17,212 nucleotides of DNA from Fidelibacterota bacterium (lineage in GTDB: Bacteria > Fidelibacterota > Marinisomatia > Marinisomatales > TCS55), in contig JAPNQO010000032.1 of assembly GCA_027251445.1 (NCBI GenBank), forward strand, positions 1 through 17,212. Reading direction: 5' to 3'. Shown piece by piece: positions 7,344-16,352 of this stretch (its first letter is position 1; every line of letters begins with the position of its first letter). Under the pieces are notes generated by a model. It saw nothing but the letters and a program-made list of their open reading frames with translations. It was not told where the DNA came from and made no database searches. The position numbers and the translations under genes were made by a program.

Positions 7344-8834
7344 ATGTTTAATCGTCAAAAAATTGGTATTGTACTAGGCGTTTCTGTATTTATTTTATTG
7401 ATGATTATGCCATTACCCGATGGCATGAGTCCAAAAGCTATGAAAGCTGTTGCGGTATCTAGCCTAATGGCTATTTTTTGGGTTACAGAAGCTATTTCAA
7501 TTATAGCAACAGCATTTATACCGATAGTGCTTTTTCCATTATTAGGAATATTAAATGCAAATCATATTGCTGCAAGTTATGGACATCATATCGTTTTGTT
7601 AATCATTGGCGCATTTTTTGTATCAAAAGCAATTGAAACAAATAATCTCCATAAAAGGATTGCGTTAGGGACTATTCGATTAATTGGCATAAGTAGAAGG
7701 CAAATTATATTAAGCTTTATGATAGCATCGGCATTTTTATCTATGTGGACTACTAATAATTCTACAACACTTATGATGCTTCCTATTGGATTGGCAATTG
7801 TTCAGAGAGAAACACTCAGTAAAAATGATGCGTTTGGTAGTGCGTTAGTTCTTTCCATAGCCTATGCTGCAAGTATTGGTGGAACAGGAACTCTTATAGG
7901 AACTCCTCCGAATTTACTCTTTGTAAGCACTATGAATGGTATCTTTCCAGATTCGCCAGATATAGTATTCACTGATTGGTTAAAAATAGGATTACCCTTT
8001 GTAGTATTGTTTCTTCCAATAGCATGGGTGTTTATCATTAGTTATTTTAATGTAGATGGCGGATTAAGCGGTTCTAATGAAATCATTGAAAAAGAATATC
8101 AAGAACTAGGCCCTATGTCTGTTGCTGAAAAACGTGTCTTGATCATATGTATATTATATGCCTTAGGGTTTGTATTTCGACAAAAAATGGATATAGGTTT
8201 TGTAACATTGATGGGTTGGTCAGATCTTTTAGGAGTTCAAGCATATGCAAAAGATTCCACTGTTGCATTTTTTGCTGCGTTGTTATTATTTCTAATTCCG
8301 AATGGGAAGATAGATAAAGATGGAACTAAGAAAAAATTGTTGGAATGGGATGATGCAAAAACTGTTCCCTGGGGAATAGCAATGTTGATTGCAGGTGGTT
8401 TAGCTATTGCATCTGCATTTAAAGAATCGCAACTAATATTTTGGATAGGTCAGAACCTTAATCTAGAAGGAATTTCGATATTCCTAGTGATTCTCCTTGT
8501 TGTAGGGGGAATGGTATTTCTTACTGAAATAAATTCTAATACAGCTTCAACTGCTATTTTTCTTCCAGTGCTCGCAGGCGTTTCCCAGGCTGGAAACTTT
8601 CACCCATTTTTATTAATGATACCTGCCACCATTGCAGCTTCTTGCGCATTTATGCTTCCTTCAGGAACAGGTCCTAATGCGATTGTATTATCAAGTGGAC
8701 ATGTTTCCATACCTGTAATGGCTAAATGTGGTTTTTGGTTGAATCTAATTGCAATTGGGGTAATTGTTATTTTATTATATTTTATTATATTGCCTTTTTT
8801 AGGTGTTGGTGATGGTATTCCAGATTGGATGTAA
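7344..8834 (+). CDS. SLC13/DASS-family Na+-coupled divalent anion (di/tricarboxylate or sulfate) symporter
   Basis: Multiple hydrophobic helices; FWVTEA, LHKRIAL, FLSMW, AYAASIGGTGTLIGTPPN, PWG..MLIAGGLA, TEINSNTAST, ASCAFMLP..T.PNAIV; AGGA at 7331-7334. Confidence 0.93.
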   Translation: MFNRQKIGIVLGVSVFILLMIMPLPDGMSPKAMKAVAVSSLMAIFWVTEAISIIATAFIPIVLFPLLGILNANHIAASYGHHIVLLIIGAFFVSKAIETNNLHKRIALGTIRLIGISRRQIILSFMIASAFLSMWTTNNSTTLMMLPIGLAIVQRETLSKNDAFGSALVLSIAYAASIGGTGTLIGTPPNLLFVSTMNGIFPDSPDIVFTDWLKIGLPFVVLFLPIAWVFIISYFNVDGGLSGSNEIIEKEYQELGPMSVAEKRVLIICILYALGFVFRQKMDIGFVTLMGWSDLLGVQAYAKDSTVAFFAALLLFLIPNGKIDKDGTKKKLLEWDDAKTVPWGIAMLIAGGLAIASAFKESQLIFWIGQNLNLEGISIFLVILLVVGGMVFLTEINSNTASTAIFLPVLAGVSQAGNFHPFLLMIPATIAASCAFMLPSGTGPNAIVLSSGHVSIPVMAKCGFWLNLIAIGVIVILLYFIILPFLGVGDGIPDWM

Positions 8835-8843
8835 AATTTTTTT

Positions 8844-8871
8844 TTGACAATTTTGCAAACTTTTATATCTT
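8844..8871 (+). promoter_or_regulatory. Candidate sigma70 promoter for the gld operon
   Basis: TTGACA (8844-8849), 16-nt spacer, TATCTT (8866-8871) in the 114-nt intergenic gap; strong SD AGGAGGT at 8934-8940 before the ATG at 8949. Confidence 0.5.
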
Positions 8872-8948
8872 TTTGCCCCAAATCAGGAACATTTTTTATT
8901 AAATAAAGTATTATTGAATTTAAATAGGATATCAGGAGGTAATATTAA

Positions 8949-9893
8949 ATGATAAAAGTACAGGATTTGTCAAAGAACTATGGTGATGTTCAAGCAGTCA
9001 AATCCATAAACTTTGAGATTGATGATGGCGAAATAGTTGGTTTTTTAGGAGAAAATGGTGCTGGAAAAACTACTACCTTAAAGATGCTTACAGGCTATTT
9101 AGTGCCAACAAAAGGCAATGTGGAAATCAATGATTTAAATATTAATGATAGTGCATTAGAAATTCAAAAACAAATTGGTTATTTACCTGAGTTAAATCCT
9201 TTATATCCTGAAATGTCTGTTTATGAATATCTTGAATTCATTGCTCGAGTTCGTAATATAACTGGTAAAAGTTTCCGTGAAGCTCTTGCGCGAGTTGTTG
9301 AGCGATGTGGATTGCAAGGAGTAGTGCATAAGCTAGTGTCATCGTGCTCTAAGGGTTATAAGCAACGTATTGGTTTAGCTGGTTCCATGATACATGATCC
9401 TAAAATCTTGATTTTAGATGAACCTGTTACTGGATTAGATCCAAACCAAATCGTAGAAATACGAGAGCTAATAAAGAGCTTAGGAAGAGAAAAATTAGTT
9501 CTTATGTCTAGTCATATACTTCAAGAAATTCAAGCAACAGTTGACCGAATAATGATTATTCACCAAGGTGAAATTGTTGCCAATGGTACAAATGAAGAGT
9601 TAATGAGTAGTTTTAAGGGTAATACCATATTAAATCTTGAAGTACGAAATGCAAATGAAAACACTTTAAAAGATTTATCGATAGCGGTTGCAAATATAAA
9701 TGTAGTCGAAGTAAATGAAAAAAAAGATCACCATGTAATACAGCTTGAATATTCTCAAGAAACAGATCCAAGAGAAGATTTATTTAATTATGCAGTTAAC
9801 TCTGATTGGGTCATTCTAAAAATGACTCCAACTACAACAGATTTAGAAGATGTGTTTCGTAAGCTAACAATGGAAGGTAAAGCTGATGCATAA
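8949..9893 (+). CDS. gldA: ABC transporter ATP-binding protein, GldA-like
   Basis: Walker A GENGAGKTT; IGYLPE; signature CSKGYKQR (GldA-type xSKGYxQR); Walker B ILILDEP; GLDPNQIVEIR; SSHILQE; C-terminal LEDVFRKLT. Confidence 0.92.
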   Translation: MIKVQDLSKNYGDVQAVKSINFEIDDGEIVGFLGENGAGKTTTLKMLTGYLVPTKGNVEINDLNINDSALEIQKQIGYLPELNPLYPEMSVYEYLEFIARVRNITGKSFREALARVVERCGLQGVVHKLVSSCSKGYKQRIGLAGSMIHDPKILILDEPVTGLDPNQIVEIRELIKSLGREKLVLMSSHILQEIQATVDRIMIIHQGEIVANGTNEELMSSFKGNTILNLEVRNANENTLKDLSIAVANINVVEVNEKKDHHVIQLEYSQETDPREDLFNYAVNSDWVILKMTPTTTDLEDVFRKLTMEGKADA

Positions 9894-10599
9894 TACACGT
9901 TCTATCTTTCAAAGAGAAATCCGTGGATTTTTTAATAGTCCAATGGCATATATCTTTTTGGTGATTTTCTCAATATTTAACGGCTATTTTTTTACAAGCA
10001 CCTTTTTTCTTTATAACCAGTCAGACCTTAGGTCTTTATTTAGCATTGTACCAATGGTATATCTCATTTTTGTACCAGCTATTTCAATGGGTCTTATTGC
10101 AAGAGAAAATAATATTGGGACTATGGAAACAATTGCAACATTACCTCTAAAAACACACGAGTTTATTTTAGGGAAATATTTTGCTGCTGTTGCATTGATC
10201 CTTTTGGGTTTATTAGCAACTATTATCCATTTTATTACATTAGTTAAGTTCGGAACAGCAATTGATTATGGTGCTTTATTTACGGGATATATTGGCTTGG
10301 CTTTAGTTGGTTCTATGTATGCTTCAATAGGAACATTTGCAAGTAGTATTACGGATAATCAAGTAATAGCATTTATAATAGGTGTATTTATTGTTCTTGT
10401 GTTTTTTCTCATGGGATTCTTTCTTCCTTTAGTACCTGCAAATCTAGCAGGTATTATTCAGTATATAAGCGTTGATTATCATTATTCAAATATTTCACGT
10501 GGTGTCATAGACTCTAGGAATATTATTTACTTTCTATCAGTAATTGGTTTTTTCTTGGCTATGACAGTTCAATCATTAGAATCTCGGAGGTGGAAATAG
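9886..10599 (+). CDS. gldF: ABC transporter permease, GldF-like
   Basis: REIRGFFNSPMAY, PAISMGLIARE..GTMETIATLP, ILGKY, SSITDNQVIAF, NISRGVIDSRNIIYF; about 6 TM segments; overlaps the gldA stop by 8 nt. Confidence 0.92.
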   Translation: MHNTRSIFQREIRGFFNSPMAYIFLVIFSIFNGYFFTSTFFLYNQSDLRSLFSIVPMVYLIFVPAISMGLIARENNIGTMETIATLPLKTHEFILGKYFAAVALILLGLLATIIHFITLVKFGTAIDYGALFTGYIGLALVGSMYASIGTFASSITDNQVIAFIIGVFIVLVFFLMGFFLPLVPANLAGIIQYISVDYHYSNISRGVIDSRNIIYFLSVIGFFLAMTVQSLESRRWK

Positions 10600-10601
10600 A
10601 T

Positions 10602-12116
10602 ATGAATTATGATTTTAGAAAATCAATGGTACTTCCTGCCGTAATTCTTTTTATTGCACTTCTTTTATTGAATCTTATTGCTAGGAATTGGTACAAACGT
10701 TATGATCTCACAGACACAAAAATGTATTCTCTATCTTCCTCTACTGAGCAAGTAATTAAAAAAATAGATGATTTATTAAACATAAAAGTTTATTTCTCAG
10801 AAAATCTTCCTGGTGAATATGGAAATAATAGACGATACCTACAGGATATATTGGAAGAATATGCTGCCATATCAAAAGGTAATATAAGATTTGAATTTTA
10901 TGTTCCTGATTCAGATGAAGAATTAGAAAAGGAAGCCCAGAAATCAGGAGTTCAACCGGTCCAATTGCAAGTAATAGAAAAGGATGAAGCCGTTGTTAAG
11001 AAAGTATTTATGGGTGTTGCGATTTATTTTGAAGATAAACGTGAGGTCATCCCTGTGGTTTTATCAACTACTGGATTGGAATATGAAATCACTACACGCA
11101 TAAAAAAACTAGTTGAAAAAAATAAAAAGTTTGTGGGCATTGTTAATTTAGATGATGAAGTCCAAACGAATACATTTTCTCAAATTTTGCGCCAAAGATA
11201 TGAGGTAAGGCCTATAGATCTAGCCAATGAGATTCCAAATAATATTAATGTATTAATTCTTACAGGTGTTAAAGATTCTTTGGATGCTAATCAATATGGT
11301 AATCTAAAAAGTTTTATGGATAAGGGTGGAAATACTTTTGTTGCTTTGAATCCCATATCTGTTGATTTACAAACGCAAAAAGCTGAGGTATTTAAATCTG
11401 ATGTGTTTGATCTATTAAAACCTTATGGATTCACTTTAACTGAAAACCTTGTTTTGGATAAGAATTGCGGAAGAGTTAACGTGATGCAGGATATGGGTTT
11501 TATGCGCATGAATGTTCCTATGGAATATCCTTTTTTACCTATTATTCGTTCATTTAATAAAAATGAAGCTCTAGTGAATGGATTAGAACAAGTTCATGTG
11601 TTCTTTTCAACAGAAATTCAACTTGACTCTGTTGGTAGCAATGTGAATATCGCTCCTTTATTTTCTTCATCTAACAAATCTGGTGTAATGACAGGATTCT
11701 ATAATTTGAGTCCAGATCCAAAGCAAAATCCTCAATTAAGAAACCTGACACAGTCCGCTAAACTGGTTGCTGCAAGGTCTGAACTAACAAATGAAAAAAT
11801 GGGAACTATGAGTCAAATGATATTAGTTGCAGATAATAGGTTTTTAACAGACGATGGCGGTGGAGCTGTACCAGAAAACCATGTGTTTATGATGAATGCA
11901 ATAGATTTTTTGATGGGTGATAAAGATTTAATGGCCCTTCGTTCTAGGGAAATAACTGATAGATCATTAGATGAAGAATTAGTCACTGATGATGCTAAAT
12001 CTAGATGGAAATGGATTAATGGTTTGCTTCCTTCTTTGTTAATCGTTGGTTTTGGATTTTGGCGGTTACAAATGCAAAAGAGAAATATGAAATTGATTGA
12101 GGAATTGTATGACTAA
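10602..12116 (+). CDS. gldG: ABC transporter auxiliary/substrate-binding component, GldG-like; start likely the ATG at 10602
   Basis: N-terminal TM, RYDLTDTKMYSLS..T, LEEY, LEYEITTRI, FMDKGG, N..FMMNAIDFL.GD..LMALRSR, C-terminal TM (WINGLLPSLLIVGFG); GGAGG at 10586-10590. Confidence 0.92.
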   Translation: MNYDFRKSMVLPAVILFIALLLLNLIARNWYKRYDLTDTKMYSLSSSTEQVIKKIDDLLNIKVYFSENLPGEYGNNRRYLQDILEEYAAISKGNIRFEFYVPDSDEELEKEAQKSGVQPVQLQVIEKDEAVVKKVFMGVAIYFEDKREVIPVVLSTTGLEYEITTRIKKLVEKNKKFVGIVNLDDEVQTNTFSQILRQRYEVRPIDLANEIPNNINVLILTGVKDSLDANQYGNLKSFMDKGGNTFVALNPISVDLQTQKAEVFKSDVFDLLKPYGFTLTENLVLDKNCGRVNVMQDMGFMRMNVPMEYPFLPIIRSFNKNEALVNGLEQVHVFFSTEIQLDSVGSNVNIAPLFSSSNKSGVMTGFYNLSPDPKQNPQLRNLTQSAKLVAARSELTNEKMGTMSQMILVADNRFLTDDGGGAVPENHVFMMNAIDFLMGDKDLMALRSREITDRSLDEELVTDDAKSRWKWINGLLPSLLIVGFGFWRLQMQKRNMKLIEELYD

Positions 12117-12663
12117 GAATATTAAAATTCTTTCTGGTATTCTAATTTGTATCATAGTATTGTTTTTGATAAGTCAATCGAGACAAAAAAGACATATCAC
12201 TCAAACTACTGTTATATTTTCTATTTTAATGGATGAAGTGAACAAATTTGATATTCAAAAAGATACACTTTTTATTTCAATCCAAAGAATGGATACTACT
12301 TGGCAAATCATAGGCAATGATTCTTTGTTAATACAAATGAATAGAATTGATGATATTGAAAATAAAATTTTAACTGTGAAGCGTGAATCGATTGTTTCAA
12401 ATAATCCCAATAAATGGAGAACATTTAATGTAGATGATTCTTTAGGACTTAAGCTTACTTTTTATGGTTTTAATGATGAAGTGATAGGGTCGGCTATTTT
12501 TGGGAGATCAAGTTCTGACTGGCAAAGAAGCTATGTAAGAATGGTTGATGGGAATGAAGTTTATATGACAAATGAAAATGTGTTAAATAGGTTACAAATG
12601 CGCCCAACTTTTTGGGGATCAAAACCTCCTCCTCCTGTATCAGTAGAACCTGATTCATTATAA
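12109..12663 (+). CDS. Membrane-anchored DUF4340-like protein (usual fourth gene of gldAFG-type operons); start likely the ATG at 12109
   Basis: Single N-terminal TM, then [25 protein letters not shown]...NEVY pattern; overlaps the gldG stop; GAGGA at 12099-12103. The family call rests mainly on gene context and a loose motif match. Confidence 0.72.
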   Translation: MTKNIKILSGILICIIVLFLISQSRQKRHITQTTVIFSILMDEVNKFDIQKDTLFISIQRMDTTWQIIGNDSLLIQMNRIDDIENKILTVKRESIVSNNPNKWRTFNVDDSLGLKLTFYGFNDEVIGSAIFGRSSSDWQRSYVRMVDGNEVYMTNENVLNRLQMRPTFWGSKPPPPVSVEPDSL

Positions 12664-12677
12664 ATGATTATATTTTC

Positions 12678-13151
12678 ATGAAAAATTGTATCAAAATAAT
12701 ATTTTTTTTATTTGTAACATTACATGCACAGCATGAACAGGAAAAAAATAATATGAATAAAAAAGTTTTAAAAACAGATGCTGAATGGGCAACTTGTTTA
12801 ACTCCTCAAGAGTATAAGATATTACGCGAAAAAGGTACTGAAATGGCTTTTACTGGCAAGTATTATAATCATAAAGAGGATGGAACATATACTTGCGCAG
12901 GTTGCGATTATGAATTATTCAGTTCAAAAACCAAATTTGATTCTGGAACAGGATGGCCTAGTTTTTTTCAAGCTATCGAAAAAGATAGAATTATTGAAAA
13001 AGAAGATAAATCATTAGGAATGCGCCGGATAGAAATTCTTTGTGCAAGGTGTGAATCTCACTTAGGACATGTATTTAATGATGGCCCCAATCCAACTGGA
13101 TTACGCTATTGCGTTAATTCAGTATCTTTAGATTTTAAAGATTTAGAATAA
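12678..13151 (+). CDS. msrB: Peptide-methionine (R)-S-oxide reductase MsrB (Zn-binding type), possibly with signal peptide; alternative start at 12753
   Basis: [67 protein letters not shown]. Confidence 0.97.
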   Translation: MKNCIKIIFFLFVTLHAQHEQEKNNMNKKVLKTDAEWATCLTPQEYKILREKGTEMAFTGKYYNHKEDGTYTCAGCDYELFSSKTKFDSGTGWPSFFQAIEKDRIIEKEDKSLGMRRIEILCARCESHLGHVFNDGPNPTGLRYCVNSVSLDFKDLE

Positions 13152-13157
13152 TATTTT

Positions 13158-13179
13158 GAAGAGAAGATTGATTCTCTTC
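13158..13179 (+). terminator. Short hairpin just after the msrB stop (weak terminator or 3' stabilising stem)
   Basis: GAAGAGAA (13158-13165), loop GATTGA, TTCTCTTC (13172-13179); no strong U-tract immediately after it. Confidence 0.4.
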
Positions 13180-13214
13180 TATCTATAGTTTTTATTCAAT
13201 ACGTATACTATATT

Positions 13215-13242
13215 TATATATCCTCAAAGGGGAGGATATATA
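13215..13242 (+). promoter_or_regulatory. Perfect 11-bp hairpin sequestering the SD and first base of the start codon of the downstream gene
   Basis: TATATATCCTC (13215-13225), loop AAAGGG, GAGGATATATA (13232-13242); SD GGAGG at 13231-13235; ATG at 13242. Confidence 0.6.
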
Positions 13243-14306
13243 TGTTTGTAAAACCTCGGATCATAATAGTTCTGCTATTTTCTATTACTATTTCATATAG
13301 TCAAGATTATCGTAATGTTGATGAAATAAAAGACGACTGGCAAGAACACACAACATTTCAAAAACATGAATTGTTATCTTTTTGTGATTTTCTAATCGGC
13401 GATGGACATTATGAAAGAGCCTTACTAAGCTTATTTCAATACTTATATAAATTTCCTAGTGATACTCTAGAGGTTCCAATTTTATATTATATTGCAAGGA
13501 GTTATGATTTATCTGGAAATCCTATATTAGCAAATAGATATTATGACGAAGTTATCAATCTAACAGATCAAAATAATCGTGTTCACCAAGCTGCATATTA
13601 TCGCAAGCTATTAATTCAGTATTATAAAGGGAATTATGATATGGTTCTTGAAGAGACTGAAAATGAAACAGATCCATACCTTATTATACTAAGGGGATAT
13701 ATATACCTAAATAACCTAGAATGGGTTGCAGCAAGACAAGCTTTTTTATCTGCAGATGAGAGATTTAAACACCGACATTATAGTGAGTTAATCGCCCCTA
13801 TTATGCAAACAATTGATAATGCAGCAGAAGTTCCTATGAAAAATAAGTGGCAGACATTAGCTGCTTCAGTCTTTCCAGGAGGTGGACGTGCATATCTTCA
13901 AGAATGGGGAAATGCTGGAGGCGCCTTAGCATCATTCTTTTTAGTATCATCTCTAGCCTCGGCTAGTACAGATTTGAATCAATCAGGAAACTTATCTTTA
14001 ACAGATAATCGGAATGAATTGATTCCCCTTGGAGCTGGATATCAATTAGACTCAAATGACTTACCAAATAATCCCTCCACGTATGGACTTCCTGATAATG
14101 TACAATTAAGTTCAAAAAATAAATATTTGATTTATACCCCTATAGCGCTTTCTATAAGTATTTATCTTGGTACTATTTTAAAAACATACCAAGATGTTGA
14201 TAGTGCAAATCAACTATTATTTCGCAACCATATTAGAAGAGCATTCGAAAAGACTCCTTTAGATTCTTTTATGGATTTTGCAGAGCCAAATTTAGTTCAA
14301 AACTAA
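13242..14306 (+). CDS. Hypothetical secreted/membrane protein with N-terminal TPR-like repeats and a C-terminal TM2/DUF5683-like segment
   Basis: Signal peptide MFVKPRIIIVLLFSITISYS|Q; TPR-like GHYERALLSLFQYLYKFP...ILYYIARSYDLSGNPILANRYY and ILRGYIYLNNLEWVAARQAF; K.KW..LAASVFPGGGRAY..EWGNAGG motif followed by hydrophobic segments; strong SD. Confidence 0.75.
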   Translation: MFVKPRIIIVLLFSITISYSQDYRNVDEIKDDWQEHTTFQKHELLSFCDFLIGDGHYERALLSLFQYLYKFPSDTLEVPILYYIARSYDLSGNPILANRYYDEVINLTDQNNRVHQAAYYRKLLIQYYKGNYDMVLEETENETDPYLIILRGYIYLNNLEWVAARQAFLSADERFKHRHYSELIAPIMQTIDNAAEVPMKNKWQTLAASVFPGGGRAYLQEWGNAGGALASFFLVSSLASASTDLNQSGNLSLTDNRNELIPLGAGYQLDSNDLPNNPSTYGLPDNVQLSSKNKYLIYTPIALSISIYLGTILKTYQDVDSANQLLFRNHIRRAFEKTPLDSFMDFAEPNLVQN

Positions 14307-14322
14307 TTATTTTATTTTCTAA

Positions 14323-14369
14323 TTGATTATGTGTTGACACGATGTATAATAAAAGCTAATTTGCGCGGC
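14323..14369 (+). promoter_or_regulatory. rRNA operon promoter(s): two overlapping sigma70-like promoters
   Basis: TTGACA (14334-14339), N17, TAATTT (14357-14362), followed by a GC-rich discriminator GCGCGGC (14363-14369). Second candidate: TTGATT (14323-14328), N16, TATAAT (14345-14350). Confidence 0.7.
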
Positions 14370-14401
14370 TTTGCTCTGATAAATTTTAATGCAAAGACAA
14401 C

Positions 14402-14418
14402 GTTTTTTGATAATTTGG
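14402..14418 (+). promoter_or_regulatory. rrn leader boxA antitermination element (preceded by a boxB-like stem, 14369-14396)
   Basis: GTTTTTTGATAATTTGG is a 16/17 match to GTTTTTTGACAATTTGG upstream of 23S (16296-16312), the two positions expected for boxA. A CTTTGC/GCAAAG stem lies just upstream. Confidence 0.7.
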
Positions 14419-14445
14419 TATGCGTGGTCCAATATAAACTTTGAG
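14418..14445 (+). other. 5' arm of the 16S precursor processing stem (pairs with 16082-16104)
   Basis: GTATGCGT-g-GTCCAA-tat-AAACTTTGAG is complementary (with bulges and one G:U) to CTCAGAGTTTTGGACACGCATAC at 16082-16104, as expected for an RNase III stem. Confidence 0.75.
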
Positions 14446-14477
14446 AGTCAGATTAGACTATAATATATCAAACTAAT

Positions 14478-16046
<1,569 letters not shown>

Positions 16047-16111
16047 AGTAATCCTGCATTTAATGCATGGATAAGGTCGAACTCAGAGTTTTGGACACGC
16101 ATACTATTTTT

Positions 16112-16186
16112 GGGCTTGTAGCTCAGGTTGGTTAGAGCGCATCCCTGATAAGGATGAGGTCCGTGGTTCGAGTCCACGCAGGCCCA
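16112..16186 (+). tRNA. tRNA-Ile (GAT), CCA not encoded
   Basis: Acceptor GGGCTTG/CAGGCCC + discriminator A; anticodon arm CATCC-CTGATAA-GGATG (GAT at 16147-16149); T-arm CGTGG-TTCGAGT-CCACG; followed by CTT. Confidence 0.97.
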
Positions 16187-16211
16187 CTTGAGTTAGCCCT
16201 ATAAATATTTT

Positions 16212-16284
16212 GGGGCTATAGCTCAGTTGGGAGAGCACCTGGTTTGCAACCAGGGGGTCGTCGGTTCGATCCCGGCTAGCTCCA
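16212..16284 (+). tRNA. tRNA-Ala (TGC), CCA not encoded
   Basis: Acceptor GGGGCTA/TAGCTCC with the G3:U70 alanine identity pair; anticodon arm CCTGG-TTTGCAA-CCAGG (TGC at 16245-16247); TTCGATC T-loop; followed by CAA. Confidence 0.97.
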
Positions 16285-16295
16285 CAAAATTTTTT

Positions 16296-16312
16296 GTTTT
16301 TTGACAATTTGG
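16296..16312 (+). promoter_or_regulatory. ITS boxA antitermination element
   Basis: GTTTTTTGACAATTTGG between tRNA-Ala and 23S, nearly identical to the leader copy. Confidence 0.7.
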
Positions 16313-16352
16313 AGATGACGTAGGTAGCCTCGTTATACGAAGAAATAACTTT

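Noticed and set aside
8837..8845. T9 homopolymer as a phase-variation tract
   Set aside because: It lies upstream of and into the -35, not in the spacer or a reading frame, so slippage would not alter promoter geometry; such runs are expected in AT-rich DNA.
8600..8881. Minus-strand 93-aa ORF
   Set aside because: Mostly antisense to the conserved DASS C-terminus; no recognisable domain or RBS.
12625..12636. (CCT)4 repeat / anti-SD-like sequence near the end of the DUF4340-like gene
   Set aside because: Explained as a PPPP tail; no convincing pairing partner nearby.
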